Positions 37,696 to 47,700 are shown, numbered from the stretch's first letter. The stretch: 64,000 nucleotides of DNA from a virus (IMGVR_UViG_2690315748_000001:60652-124651), one strand, 5' to 3'. Translations and numbers: made by a program. The notes: generated by a model not told the origin, from the sequence alone.

Positions 37696-37937
37696 GAAGA
37701 TGTTCAATATACGATGTTCTTGATGCTGTTGACGCGAAGACTGGTAGAGCATTCGTTTATACAAGTTTAAAAGGTTTTAAACAATTAAAAGGTGGCGACT
37801 CCTTCTATATATGGACTCCTATGTACTGTAAAGAAGGCGATATTGCCTTAGAGGTCTTCGAGAAGGACTTGGCAGAAGACAGCAACGGGTATGTTTACTG
37901 TGTTGATGGATTGGATGTAATTGTTTTAGAAGGGTAA
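37692..37937 (+). CDS. hypothetical protein
   Basis: ORF. Confidence 0.4.
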   Translation: MRRCSIYDVLDAVDAKTGRAFVYTSLKGFKQLKGGDSFYIWTPMYCKEGDIALEVFEKDLAEDSNGYVYCVDGLDVIVLEG

Positions 37938-38089
37938 GGTGACAGTTATGAGACTTAACGAGCTTGATATTGAAGGGAAACATGTCGCAGAAATAACGTT
38001 TGTTGATCTTCACAGCAACAAGACTGTTCTGCATCTTCGCACCTTGAAAGCCATAGATGTTGAGATAAAGAAAAATGAGGTGCGAACAT

Positions 38090-38671
38090 ATGGCGAAATT
38101 GATATTTAGGTATGGCTCCATGAATGCCAGCAAATCTGCAAACCTTATCATGGACTGGTATGGTCATAAAGCTAATGGTAAAAGTGTTTTAACCTTCAAG
38201 TCCACCTTGGATGCTAGAGATTATGGCTACATAACATCCAGAGCAATCGAAACAAAGATTCCAGCGAGTCTTATTGCTCCTGATATGGATGGTGTGATGT
38301 TCAATATGACAGAGACATTCATGCCGAGAATGGTTTTCATTGATGAGGTTCAATTCCTGACTGCCAAACAGATCGAGGAACTATCTGCGATTGTTGACAA
38401 GCTTGGCGTAACTGTACAGGCATATGGGTTAATGACAGACTTCAAACGCGAACTATTTGAAGGTAGTAAAAGGCTTGTAGAACTAGCTGACGTTGTAGAG
38501 CGTATTCGATCTGAATGCACTGAATGTTCTAATGAAGGGCTAATGAATGCTCGATTCATAGACGGTGTGTTGCAATCAGAGGGGCAGACGGTAATGATTG
38601 GTGCAGAGCAAACATATAAGGTTCTTTGTCGGAGTTGTTATGCGAAATCAATAGAAAGGCTAACCGTCTAA
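38090..38671 (+). CDS. tdk: Thymidine kinase
   Basis: P-loop YGSMNASKS; C-terminal zinc motif CTEC ... CRSC; GAGGTG RBS before ATG 38090. Confidence 0.8.
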   Translation: MAKLIFRYGSMNASKSANLIMDWYGHKANGKSVLTFKSTLDARDYGYITSRAIETKIPASLIAPDMDGVMFNMTETFMPRMVFIDEVQFLTAKQIEELSAIVDKLGVTVQAYGLMTDFKRELFEGSKRLVELADVVERIRSECTECSNEGLMNARFIDGVLQSEGQTVMIGAEQTYKVLCRSCYAKSIERLTV

Positions 38672-38700
38672 GGAGAGATAAAGTGTCTCTCCTTTTCTTA
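38671..38700 (+). terminator. Rho-independent terminator
   Basis: aggagaga-taaagtg-tctctcct + TTTTCTT. Confidence 0.7.
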
Positions 38701-38708
38701 TTAAAACA

Positions 38709-38738
38709 TTGACAAGGAGCCGAAGAAAGTACTATAAT
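38709..38738 (+). promoter_or_regulatory. Consensus promoter TTGACA-17-TATAAT with repeated-motif spacer
   Basis: ttgacaaggagccgaagaaagtactataat. Confidence 0.7.
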
Positions 38739-38768
38739 AAATGTATACAAAATGAAAGGAAGAACAAC

Positions 38769-39071
38769 ATGGGAATCAGCAATATGGCAAGAGACTTGAA
38801 GGGACATGCTGGCGTTCTGATCGAACAGTGGGCAGATGGAAAGTTCTATATTGTGAAGAACCGATATAGCGGATATTCATCCATAAATCAAGAGAAGATA
38901 TCGCCAATTCACCCAAACGAAGTCATCAAAATGCTAACTAATTACAATGATGTTGTTGTTGTGAATTACAAGTCGATTAAAGGCTACAACCACAGACCTA
39001 TTTCAGCGGAAATGGCAGAGCCGCTATGGTTGCAGCTTGAAGATTTTGATGAGGACGATTGGGGTCTTTAA
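38769..39071 (+). CDS. hypothetical protein
   Basis: ATG 38769 with RBS aaaggaag; track start 38709 lies inside promoter. Confidence 0.45.
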   Translation: MGISNMARDLKGHAGVLIEQWADGKFYIVKNRYSGYSSINQEKISPIHPNEVIKMLTNYNDVVVVNYKSIKGYNHRPISAEMAEPLWLQLEDFDEDDWGL

Positions 39072-39099
39072 TTAAATTTAGGTCAGGAGTGAAGTTAAT

Positions 39100-39270
39100 A
39101 TGTTCTTAGAGATGCTTATTGAGTTTCTTATTGGATTCCTTATGTATGTAGCAATTACAGTTGTTTGGCAGATCACAGAAAAGCTAATCTATGGAAAAAC
39201 ATCACCTAGATTAATAGATGATGTGGTCGCTGTCATTTTGTCAATCTCGTTGTACCATAACTTTTTCTAA
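39100..39270 (+). CDS. small membrane peptide (56 aa), not in ORF track
   Basis: RBS caggagtgaag; hydrophobic LIEFLIGFLMYVAITVVW. Confidence 0.3.
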   Translation: MFLEMLIEFLIGFLMYVAITVVWQITEKLIYGKTSPRLIDDVVAVILSISLYHNFF

Positions 39271-39356
39271 AGGAGAATGGTTTTCTTGTTACTTTAAATT
39301 TGAGACTAAATGAAACAAATCTTCAATTTAGATAGGAGAAATGAGGTGGGATATTA

Positions 39357-39566
39357 ATGGCAAATACCATTAAATTAACTGGTGTTGTCAAGAGTGATGA
39401 AGAGGGTGTTAGTAAGCGTGGCTACAAAATTGTTAAGTTATTTGAGACAAACGAGGAAGCGGTGCTATTTCTCAACGAAAAACAAGCAGAGGTTGATGAA
39501 ACTAATAAAAGTAGATTTTCATTGAAGAATTTTGCAATGACTATACTTTCAGTCTCAATAAAATAA
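39357..39566 (+). CDS. hypothetical protein
   Basis: RBS gaggtgg. Confidence 0.4.
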   Translation: MANTIKLTGVVKSDEEGVSKRGYKIVKLFETNEEAVLFLNEKQAEVDETNKSRFSLKNFAMTILSVSIK

Positions 39567-39590
39567 GGGTTCCATTTAGAAATTAGGAGG
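39554..39590 (+). repeat. Second repeated intergenic element, copy 3
   Basis: ctcaataaaataagggTTCCATTTAGAAATTAGGAGG. Confidence 0.65.
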
Positions 39591-39749
39591 GAAGCAGATG
39601 ACAGAAGAACAGCGGAGCGAATTTGTTAAGGCGCTTGAAAACAGACAAATTTTCAACGACTATCATAAAAGACATTTAGTGCGTTTGTTGTGGGAGGAAA
39701 ATCAAGAACTTCGCAAAAAGTTAGAACAACATGGGGAGGGGTGAAATAA

Positions 39750-39932
39750 GTGAGCGCCCACAAAGATGTTTGTGATCTATTCAACGAAGTGCTTGAAGAA
39801 CTCAAGAAAGAATATGCGGCATATAACTTTGAGCGCGGAATCTGCAACGTAAACAAGGATGGAATTACAGAAAGAGAAAGACTGCATCTGCATAATTATA
39901 GAGAGAAGCTTAGTCAAATTTATATTCCATGA
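39750..39932 (+). CDS. hypothetical protein
   Basis: ORF. Confidence 0.35.
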   Translation: MSAHKDVCDLFNEVLEELKKEYAAYNFERGICNVNKDGITERERLHLHNYREKLSQIYIP

Positions 39933-39944
39933 TGGAGGAATTGG

Positions 39945-40205
39945 ATGCATATACAAGAACGCATTGCTAAGATTATCGAAGCTGTCCGAAAAGAAATAAA
40001 AAGTAATGAGACAATGGCTGATTATGAAATGAGAGGTTCTAGCAGATACAAACACCGCGCAGAACTTTTATTCAATCAGATAAAGTTTTTTGAGTATGGT
40101 AGAGAGGGTGTTGTTCCTCCTGAATGGAATCACGAATATGGTCATTTGCTAGATGATGAATGGACTGAATACCAACGTCTAAAAGAGAAATTCAATGGTA
40201 AGTAG
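39945..40205 (+). CDS. hypothetical protein
   Basis: RBS tggaggaattgg. Confidence 0.4.
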   Translation: MHIQERIAKIIEAVRKEIKSNETMADYEMRGSSRYKHRAELLFNQIKFFEYGREGVVPPEWNHEYGHLLDDEWTEYQRLKEKFNGK

Positions 40206-40208
40206 TTA

Positions 40209-40436
40209 ATGACCAGATTCATGAAAAATGATGAAAGTCTTGGTGCAGTTCATCTTTACACCTCTCTGGATGATCGAATACTTCGGGTTCGAAGACAAAA
40301 GAGAAATAAGCTTGAACATCAATGTGAATATTGCAAGTCAGTTATTGAAGCAGGGAATGGATCATATTACATTACAGGCATGAGTGCTGGAAGGTTTTAC
40401 AACTTTCATACTTGTCTGAATTGCTATGAAGAATAG
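40209..40436 (+). CDS. hypothetical zinc-finger protein
   Basis: CEYCK ... CLNC. Confidence 0.4.
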   Translation: MTRFMKNDESLGAVHLYTSLDDRILRVRRQKRNKLEHQCEYCKSVIEAGNGSYYITGMSAGRFYNFHTCLNCYEE

Positions 40437-40461
40437 AACAAAAACATTTGGAGGTAATAAG

Positions 40462-40638
40462 ATGAAGCCAAACGATATTGTTTATGTTTTGTATCAGGAT
40501 ATGTGGGGTGGGTACAGAGACTATTACACAGATCATGCAACAGAAGCAGAAGCACGTAAGGCACAACGAAAACATCCGAACAACGTATCTCTCATTATCA
40601 TGACCAAGGAAGAGTATGACAATTTAGAGGATTTCTAA
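40462..40638 (+). CDS. hypothetical protein
   Basis: ATG 40462 after tggaggtaataag. Confidence 0.4.
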   Translation: MKPNDIVYVLYQDMWGGYRDYYTDHATEAEARKAQRKHPNNVSLIIMTKEEYDNLEDF

Positions 40639-40656
40639 GGAGCGGAAGAAAGTATT
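40638..40656 (+). repeat. Variant motif copy aggagcggaagaaagtat
   Basis: One substitution (G for C). Confidence 0.6.
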
Positions 40657-40680
40657 GATATGTAGAGGTGAAAAAATGAA

Positions 40681-40911
40681 ATGTTCGTAAAATTAACTCA
40701 TGATTATTCAGGCGAGATGATGTATGTCAAAGCGGACACAATCCATACGATCAGGGTTAAGGAAGATGGAAGAACACTGATTGTTGGTGAGCGAGGAATG
40801 TATGTAAGAGAAGATGCTGATCTTGTCAGAGACATGGTTGAAGCAATTGTGTCTAATGCAATAAACATTCAAGTTGAAAGGACGATGGAAAGTGTTCAAG
40901 AAAAAGGGTAA
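40681..40911 (+). CDS. hypothetical protein
   Basis: ORF. Confidence 0.4.
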   Translation: MFVKLTHDYSGEMMYVKADTIHTIRVKEDGRTLIVGERGMYVREDADLVRDMVEAIVSNAINIQVERTMESVQEKG

Positions 40912-41281
40912 GGATGCTAGTCAGAATGCAGGAGCTAATGTCGATAATAATAAGTATGAATTTATTGCCAAGGTTCAATATAGCAACGAAACGAGTTTTA
41001 CAAAAACGATAGAGTTACATTTAAAATATAGATTGTTAAATAGTAACTCTTCTTATAAATCGAAAAGATTTGTGATCGTTTCCGAGTTTACTGATACAGA
41101 AGAGCAGTTTGTCAAGAGGGGTAATGAATTTATGGATAACTTTAAGGATAGAGTTATTGAGTATGCCAAGAGAATTATTTTGTCGAACAGGAAAGAAATA
41201 CAGAGCAAGGAAGACAAAAAATATCTATTAAAAAGAATTGCTTCGATGAATGAATATGAATTTGTGATTGAAGTTGACTAA
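40874..41281 (+). CDS. hypothetical protein (start uncertain)
   Basis: ORF overlapping previous by 38 nt. Confidence 0.35.
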   Translation: MKGRWKVFKKKGKDASQNAGANVDNNKYEFIAKVQYSNETSFTKTIELHLKYRLLNSNSSYKSKRFVIVSEFTDTEEQFVKRGNEFMDNFKDRVIEYAKRIILSNRKEIQSKEDKKYLLKRIASMNEYEFVIEVD

Positions 41282-41293
41282 GGAGAATGAAAA

Positions 41294-41617
41294 ATGAAGC
41301 TGAAACTCACAGAAGAACAAAGAAAATCAATCTTGCTTGAAAAAGACATTGAAGGCTTTGACTATGAAAGTGTAGAGCAATCTGATTGGGAAGACCAAGG
41401 CAAGTTCCAATCTTGCGAAGTGATCTTTAAGCATGAAGGAAAATATTATGCATTCTACGCATATCGTCATGGAAGCTATTGGTCTAGCTATGAGATTGAT
41501 TTTTATGACGACGATGTTACAGAGGTTACAAAGGAAGCTTACACTTCATATCGTTGGGTTCAGGTTAAAGCGGAAGAGAATCCTCCTGAATCAGTCTCTT
41601 GCTATTCAGAAGAATAA
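41294..41617 (+). CDS. hypothetical protein
   Basis: RBS aaggagaatg. Confidence 0.45.
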   Translation: MKLKLTEEQRKSILLEKDIEGFDYESVEQSDWEDQGKFQSCEVIFKHEGKYYAFYAYRHGSYWSSYEIDFYDDDVTEVTKEAYTSYRWVQVKAEENPPESVSCYSEE

Positions 41618-41620
41618 CTA

Positions 41621-41638
41621 AGGTGCTAAAGAAAGTAC
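41621..41638 (+). repeat. Variant motif copy aggtgctaaagaaagtac
   Basis: Degenerate. Confidence 0.5.
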
Positions 41639-41651
41639 AAGGAGTGATAAT

Positions 41652-41900
41652 ATGGTTAAGGAACAGAATTATTCACAGTGTTATGGTCGATGTGAGCGAC
41701 TTGCAGAATTGCATCGTGATTATTTAGTACCTCGCGAAGAGTATGACAAGATGATGGAGCAAATGCAGTCGCCAACAACATTGACTACAACAGTCAATAT
41801 CACAATCAATAATGATGTTAATAGCGATCCTGATGCAATAGCAAAACAAATAGTGAATGCCATTCACGAAAGGGTTAGACGAGGTGGTTCTATTGTCTAA
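41652..41900 (+). CDS. hypothetical protein
   Basis: RBS aaggagtg. Confidence 0.4.
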   Translation: MVKEQNYSQCYGRCERLAELHRDYLVPREEYDKMMEQMQSPTTLTTTVNITINNDVNSDPDAIAKQIVNAIHERVRRGGSIV

Positions 41901-42204
41901 AAGAAAATCAACAAAAGGCACACAGCTAACAGATGATCAGATCGAGTTGATTCGCGTGAAACCAGAAGATACAGCCAAGCGATTGGCTAGTCTTCCTTAC
42001 ACAATCACACCTCGACCTGACGAGAAGCCACCAAAAGGCAAGTTGTGGTGTCCATACGATGCTTCTTGGCAGAAGTTCATAACGAATCATCCTAAAGTTC
42101 CGCTGTCATCGTATCCAAGGTGTGAATGCTGTGGCATATCGACTGAGGATTATTACATCAAGACTGAGAACAAACTTTGGGGCGACAAAATCAAAGAAAG
42201 ATAA
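41857..42204 (+). CDS. hypothetical protein (start uncertain)
   Basis: ORF. Confidence 0.35.
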   Translation: MPFTKGLDEVVLLSKRKSTKGTQLTDDQIELIRVKPEDTAKRLASLPYTITPRPDEKPPKGKLWCPYDASWQKFITNHPKVPLSSYPRCECCGISTEDYYIKTENKLWGDKIKER

Positions 42205-42219
42205 AAGTGAGGAATGAAC

Positions 42220-42693
42220 ATGAAGGGTTGCACAATCTGTAACGTAAGGAATCGGGCTTTCTACGTTTCCTCTAAAGGTGTGTACATGTGTCCAAAACAT
42301 AGAACGATGTTTCTTGACGAGAAGTTGGAAGAAGCATTGCAATTCAAGAAGAATAAATTCACTCCTATTGACAAGTGGACTGCCGAAATGTCTGTCTACA
42401 ACAAAAGGTATGAGGAAAAGTCATACAAGGTACTCGTTGATATCGAAGACATTCCTTTATTACAGGAAGTTCGATGGAGACAGTATGCTGATGGCTTTGT
42501 AGTAACCACTGTCAATAGGAATGGTCAATATCTGACTGTGAATATGATTGACTTCCTTATGTATATGACGATGGGGATTGAATCACCTACATATCATGGG
42601 AATCAGAAAAAACTTGATTGTCGGAAAGTCAATATCCGCGTCAAGAAAGACAGGAGAACTGACAAGTCCTCAATCAAGAACCTCATATATTAG
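42220..42693 (+). CDS. HNH-family endonuclease (possible homing endonuclease)
   Basis: N-terminal zinc ribbon CTICN ... CPKH and HNH motif YHGNQKKLDCRKVNIR (H-N-D-R-N pattern). Confidence 0.45.
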   Translation: MKGCTICNVRNRAFYVSSKGVYMCPKHRTMFLDEKLEEALQFKKNKFTPIDKWTAEMSVYNKRYEEKSYKVLVDIEDIPLLQEVRWRQYADGFVVTTVNRNGQYLTVNMIDFLMYMTMGIESPTYHGNQKKLDCRKVNIRVKKDRRTDKSSIKNLIY

Positions 42694-42704
42694 GAGATGA
42701 TTGA

Positions 42705-43019
42705 ATGGGCTATTGCACTAGCTATGAGTTGAGTATTGTAGGTGGTCATTACGATTTACTGGAGAGCATTATTGATTCTGATAAAGAGATGTTCTATGGT
42801 TTGGAGCCAGACGGAAGTACTTACGATTCTGTTAAGTGGTATGACCATGAACAGGACATGAAATATATCTCAAAGTTATACTCCAACCATATTTTTAAGT
42901 TGTGTGGCGAAGGCGAAGATAACAGCGACATTTGGGTCAAATACTTCAAGGATGGAAAGATGCAGGTGTGTCGAGCGAAGATAACCTTCGATGAATATGA
43001 CGAAAAAAAATTGGTTTAG
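42705..43019 (+). CDS. hypothetical protein
   Basis: RBS taggagatg. Confidence 0.4.
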   Translation: MGYCTSYELSIVGGHYDLLESIIDSDKEMFYGLEPDGSTYDSVKWYDHEQDMKYISKLYSNHIFKLCGEGEDNSDIWVKYFKDGKMQVCRAKITFDEYDEKKLV

Positions 43020-43031
43020 GGGGCGATTGAT

Positions 43032-43352
43032 ATGGGGGTAGACTTTTACACTTGTAATAACTGTAGAGATACATTTCCTGATTGTGGAGACTTCACAGGC
43101 TGCGAATGCGGAAAACACTGGTGTTGCGATGAATGTGCTGAATCACAGGGATATAGATGGGAAGAGGATGGCTATCTTCCAAAGGGTGCTAATTATGAAC
43201 AAACCACGAGCTGTAGTTATTGTAGAAATGAAAATTATCCAGACGAAGATTTGCTGGAGTTTGCATTGCATAAACTGCGACTTACGAGAGATGAACTTAT
43301 CGTAGAGTATACGAGGTTCGCTGACTATCCACATCAAGAAGAAGGTGCTTAA
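43032..43352 (+). CDS. hypothetical Cys-rich protein
   Basis: CNNC ... C.C ... CC.EC ... CSYC. Confidence 0.4.
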   Translation: MGVDFYTCNNCRDTFPDCGDFTGCECGKHWCCDECAESQGYRWEEDGYLPKGANYEQTTSCSYCRNENYPDEDLLEFALHKLRLTRDELIVEYTRFADYPHQEEGA

Positions 43353-43354
43353 TA

Positions 43355-46300
43355 TTGTGTCAGACTTGCGGCAATGCATTATTAGTCCACGCGACACCAA
43401 AGGATTATGATGGATTTGTCAACCTTCATCTTCACACAGCTTACTCTTTGCTTGATGGCATGAGTAAGCCAGAAGATGTAATTAAAAAGGTGGCAAGCCT
43501 AAAACAGACTTCTGTAGCAGTAACAGAACATGGCAATGTGTTCTCTGCTGTGAAAGTTCACAAACTGGCGAAAGAAGCCAATATAAAGCACATCTATGGT
43601 GCTGAGTTCTATGTCACTGACGACAGGTTCGCTCAGGATAAGACAAAGAAGTACTTCCATATAACTGTTCTTGCAAAGAATGAGCAGGGGAGACGAAATA
43701 TTAATAAACTTGCTTCACTTGGTTATCTTGAAGGGTTCTATTTCAAACCACGTATCGACCATAGCCTTCTTAAACAATACAGTGAAGGGCTTATTGTTAT
43801 GTCGGGCTGTATGGCTAGTGAAGTTCAGCAAGCACTAGCAGGAGGTAAAATTGGTGATGGTGATATTGAAATCACTGATGCGAATATCCAAAATGCTAAA
43901 GAGATTATATGCATGTATAGAAAGATATTCGGTAATGATTATTATCTTGAAGTTCAGGCTCACAGGGACAGTAGGCAGCAACAACTCAATCGGGCAATCG
44001 TTGACATTGCTCTGGAATTGGGCATTGAGTATGTGGCTACAACGGACTCACACTTCGTAGACGAAGAAGACTTTGAATTGCATGGTATCTTCATTCAGAT
44101 CGGAACTAATCGTGAGACAGGAGAGACTTATCAAGACACTCACATCATGGGCGCTGATGAGGTAACTGTTAAGCTGCTTGGGTCTATGACTAATGACGAA
44201 GCGGAGTTGGCAGTAAGAACTTCATTGCTGATCGCTGACAAATGTAATGTTAGTCTACCACTGTCTGAGCCTATCATTCCTCACGTTGATATTCCAGAAG
44301 GCTTCCCCGATGAGATGAGTTACCTGAAAGAACTTATCAATAAAGGCTGGAAGCGAAGAGAAATCAAGAAAAGAAAGAATGTTCAAGAGTACAAAGGGCG
44401 CTTAAACTATGAGTTCAATTCCATTACCAAGATGGGATTTGAAGGATACTTTCTCCTTGTAGAAAGCTACGTAAACTCTGTTAAGCGTAGAGGTATTGCG
44501 CGTGGTTCTTCTGGCGGCAGCTTGATTGCTTACTTGTTAGGGATCACTGAGATTGACCCTATTCCATATGGTCTGTACTTCGAACGTTTCATAGACGTGG
44601 GCGCACTTGATCTTTTAGCAGATGGGACGATTACTCGTAAAGAGTTAAAAATCCCTGACGTTGATTCTGACTTTGGAGCGACAGATCGTGATAAGGTTGT
44701 TGATTTCATCACCAAGCGATATGGAGAAGAGAAGTTCGCTGCTATCGGACAATTCGGATATATTTGGGATAAATCTGCTGTTAAAGACGTTGGTCGAGTA
44801 CTTAACATTCCTTACACTGTAACAAATACAATGACTCAACAGATGGGTGATTTGACGATCACTTACATGAGAGAAGCAGGATTATTTCCTCATTGGTTTG
44901 AAGAGTATCCCAAACTGTTTGAATATGCTGAGAAAATTGCAGGACTGCCCAAAAGCTTTGGTGTCCATCCATGCGGCAAGATCATTTCGATTCAGGATGT
45001 TGACTACTACACAGCTATTGCATCTAATGATGGAACAATTGTCTTTCAGGGCGATATGGATGACACTGATGATCTTGGCTTGGTAAAGGTTGACCTTCTT
45101 GGGTTGAAGTCGATTGACGTTATCTATGACACATTAGAGATGATCGGCAAAGACTACGATTACATTAATCCTGATAAACTAGACTTTGCTGATGAAAACA
45201 TCCTCAAGCTATTCAGAGAGGGAAGAACAGATGGAGTGTTCCAATTTGAGTCCATTGGTATGAAGGAAACACTTCGACAAGTACTTCCTGATGGAATCTC
45301 TGACTTGGGTGTGTGTAATGCGTTGTTCAGACCAGCATCTATGAAGCATATTGAACATTATGCGAAGCGCAAGAAGGGTGCTGAAAAGTTCAAGTATCTT
45401 CATCCTGACCTTGAAGATGTTCTCAACCCAACCTATGGTATTTTGGTCTTCCAAGAGCAGTTGATCGAAATTGGAAGAATCGCCAAGATGAGAAACCCTG
45501 ACGAAATTCGTCAAGCAACAGCCAAGAAGAAAATCGAGAAGATGAAAAAGGTTCGTAAAGAACTGTTTGCTGGTCTTAAAGCAAGAGGATGGACAACTGA
45601 GCAACTTGAAACTCTATGGGAAATCATGATTGATTTTGCATCCTACTCCTTTAACAAATCTCATGCGTTGGCTTATGCGATCATCGCTTGGCAAATGGCA
45701 AAGCTGAAACACTACCATCCAGTAGAGTTCATGACAGCCTTGCTTAACAGTAAAATTGGTAAGATAGAAGAATTGTCTCACTATCTTAGTGAATGTAAGC
45801 GAATGGGCATTAAAGTGAATGTTCCAGATATCAATGAGAGCCAAAGAAAGTTCACAGCAAAAAAAGGTGAGATTGTTTTTGGACTTACAGCTATTCGTGC
45901 AATAGGCGATCCTACTGTTGACTTGATAGAAGAGTTACGAGTAAATTTCAGAAAAATTAACAAAAGAAACTTTGAATCATTCAAAGAGTTCTATGACTTC
46001 AACCGCGAGTTGCCTTTAGTTGAAATGATGCCATCTGACGCAATCATTAACCTTATCAAGTCTGGTGCGTTTGGTGATAACAAGAACGAAATGCTGACTC
46101 AATATGCTGAAACCTTGTACATTTCATTGAAGTGGATTCCGAAGAAGGGCGTACCTTCCAAGAAAGACTTCGACACCAAAGGATATAAGATCAGTGAAGA
46201 ACACTTTGCTGACAAAGCTATCAGATGTGAAATCTTTAATGCACTCAAGCTGGCAGAACACATCGAAAAAGATAAAGCGAGAAGACAGAAGCACATTGAC

Positions 46301-46738
46301 ACCTTCTTCGATAAGTATGTAGGCGATCCTGAGTGTTATGAGTTCGATACGATGGGTGCTTATCTTACAATCAGCCCATTTGACAAATACATCAAGTCAA
46401 TCAAAGACTTCTACACTTATGAAGATGGAACTGACAAGGTTCTGGTTGTTGGAACAATTGTGAGCAAAGACGTTAAGAAATCTGGTAGAGGTGGACAATA
46501 TGCCAAGCTGAAAGTCCTTACTCCACATGGAGTTGTTAACGCCAAAGCTTACTCCAACCAATACAGTGAGTTCAAGCACATGCTTGATAAAGGCACATCT
46601 GTTGTCATTCTGGCGAAGCGTAGCAAAGACGAAGCGATTGTTTCTAAGATGAAGACATTTGATGAATGGACGATCATCATCGAAAGAAAGATGGCGAAGA
46701 AAATTCAAGATAAAACTAAAGGGGTTGCTGTTAAATGA
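43355..46738 (+). CDS. DNA polymerase III alpha-type (PolC/DnaE-family) replicative polymerase with N-terminal PHP domain
   Basis: PHP motifs HLHTAYSLLDG, AVTEHGN; polymerase-core motifs (GSSGGSL, FERFIDVG) and 1127 aa; TTG start. Confidence 0.8.
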   Translation: MCQTCGNALLVHATPKDYDGFVNLHLHTAYSLLDGMSKPEDVIKKVASLKQTSVAVTEHGNVFSAVKVHKLAKEANIKHIYGAEFYVTDDRFAQDKTKKYFHITVLAKNEQGRRNINKLASLGYLEGFYFKPRIDHSLLKQYSEGLIVMSGCMASEVQQALAGGKIGDGDIEITDANIQNAKEIICMYRKIFGNDYYLEVQAHRDSRQQQLNRAIVDIALELGIEYVATTDSHFVDEEDFELHGIFIQIGTNRETGETYQDTHIMGADEVTVKLLGSMTNDEAELAVRTSLLIADKCNVSLPLSEPIIPHVDIPEGFPDEMSYLKELINKGWKRREIKKRKNVQEYKGRLNYEFNSITKMGFEGYFLLVESYVNSVKRRGIARGSSGGSLIAYLLGITEIDPIPYGLYFERFIDVGALDLLADGTITRKELKIPDVDSDFGATDRDKVVDFITKRYGEEKFAAIGQFGYIWDKSAVKDVGRVLNIPYTVTNTMTQQMGDLTITYMREAGLFPHWFEEYPKLFEYAEKIAGLPKSFGVHPCGKIISIQDVDYYTAIASNDGTIVFQGDMDDTDDLGLVKVDLLGLKSIDVIYDTLEMIGKDYDYINPDKLDFADENILKLFREGRTDGVFQFESIGMKETLRQVLPDGISDLGVCNALFRPASMKHIEHYAKRKKGAEKFKYLHPDLEDVLNPTYGILVFQEQLIEIGRIAKMRNPDEIRQATAKKKIEKMKKVRKELFAGLKARGWTTEQLETLWEIMIDFASYSFNKSHALAYAIIAWQMAKLKHYHPVEFMTALLNSKIGKIEELSHYLSECKRMGIKVNVPDINESQRKFTAKKGEIVFGLTAIRAIGDPTVDLIEELRVNFRKINKRNFESFKEFYDFNRELPLVEMMPSDAIINLIKSGAFGDNKNEMLTQYAETLYISLKWIPKKGVPSKKDFDTKGYKISEEHFADKAIRCEIFNALKLAEHIEKDKARRQKHIDTFFDKYVGDPECYEFDTMGAYLTISPFDKYIKSIKDFYTYEDGTDKVLVVGTIVSKDVKKSGRGGQYAKLKVLTPHGVVNAKAYSNQYSEFKHMLDKGTSVVILAKRSKDEAIVSKMKTFDEWTIIIERKMAKKIQDKTKGVAVK

Positions 46739-46974
46739 AGGTACTTACAGAAGTGCAATCGAAGGCTCTGTTTCTAAGTTTGTTGATCGAACTATTCGAA
46801 AGAGGACTTGGGATTCCAATCCTGACAGAAGAAGAGATGGAAAAACTGCTGTTGAAGATTGATGAGGTAAACGAAGGTCAATCTCAAACCGAAACGTCAG
46901 AGCGGACATTAGGCACCATTAAACTTTTGCTTATTGAGTTGGGGATTCACGATGAGCAAAAAATACTCCATTAA
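46735..46974 (+). CDS. hypothetical protein
   Basis: ATGA overlap with polymerase stop. Confidence 0.4.
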   Translation: MKVLTEVQSKALFLSLLIELFERGLGIPILTEEEMEKLLLKIDEVNEGQSQTETSERTLGTIKLLLIELGIHDEQKILH

Positions 46975-47218
46975 AGCTAACGAAAGACTGTTCGAGGATT
47001 GGATGAGGGTTTCAGCAAGCCCTCATTCCAAACTTGGATTACATGGTGCTTGGATTGTCCAGAACGACATGGAACTGACTGGACAAGAATTGAACGACTG
47101 GTATAAGGAAACTGGTCGCCTAATAGAAACGACAGAAGAACACTTTGAACAAGTGATAAGCGACATGAAAGCACTTCGCGAACGATCTGTGAAATACATT
47201 AAACAATTAAATAAATAA
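46934..47218 (+). CDS. hypothetical protein
   Basis: ORF. Confidence 0.35.
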   Translation: MSWGFTMSKKYSIKANERLFEDWMRVSASPHSKLGLHGAWIVQNDMELTGQELNDWYKETGRLIETTEEHFEQVISDMKALRERSVKYIKQLNK

Positions 47219-47230
47219 TTAGGAGATGAT

Positions 47231-47413
47231 TTGATGCATCATTATTTTATCTACTACAAAGGTAAAAAGAATGGAGAAGTTTTTGATGGTATGGCTGGAT
47301 TTGATTTGGAATATCCTATCGCTACCTTTGGCGACATTCAAGCTATCTCAGAAAAGATAACCGAAGAGACTGACACTGACAATGTTATTATTTCTAATTT
47401 TATCAAATTGTAA
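47231..47413 (+). CDS. hypothetical protein
   Basis: RBS aggagatg. Confidence 0.4.
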   Translation: MMHHYFIYYKGKKNGEVFDGMAGFDLEYPIATFGDIQAISEKITEETDTDNVIISNFIKL

Positions 47414-47427
47414 TGGAGATGATTTTA

Positions 47428-47694
47428 ATGAACGAAATCAAACGAGGGCAAATGGTAAAAGTGGTTGACACAGGAGAGACTTACAGCACTTACACAGATA
47501 TGTTTAATCATATGAGAGCAAAACTCGGATTTGCAGACTTCACACATGCGCGTGGACTCCAACCAGAAAAAGATAAAGTATATATGGTGCTTGCTGTCGA
47601 AAAACACTTTAATAATAACGATTCAGTGGCATTGATTCACAATGACAACCAAAAAGGCTACCTGATTTCAATTGATGGACTTGAATTAATTTAA
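47428..47694 (+). CDS. hypothetical protein
   Basis: ATG 47428 after tggagatg. Confidence 0.4.
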   Translation: MNEIKRGQMVKVVDTGETYSTYTDMFNHMRAKLGFADFTHARGLQPEKDKVYMVLAVEKHFNNNDSVALIHNDNQKGYLISIDGLELI

Positions 47695-47700
47695 GCTTTA

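Noticed and set aside
11138-38768. Track start codons lying inside promoter or repeat elements (ATG 11138 for the DHH gene; ATG 38709 for the 38709..39071 ORF)
   Set aside because: Those ATGs are inside the conserved TTGACA-spacer-TATAAT element, upstream of the likely transcription start. Downstream in-frame starts with RBSs (about 11171-11180; 38769) are more plausible.
185-46708. Numerous 60-170-aa minus-strand ORFs embedded in plus-strand genes (for example 933..1322, 8279..8776, 10243..10533, 12434..12835, 30009..30530, 34503..34829, 45209..45604, 46397..46708)
   Set aside because: They fully overlap well-supported plus-strand genes with recognisable domains, lack RBSs and have low-complexity translations typical of antisense frames in AT-rich DNA.
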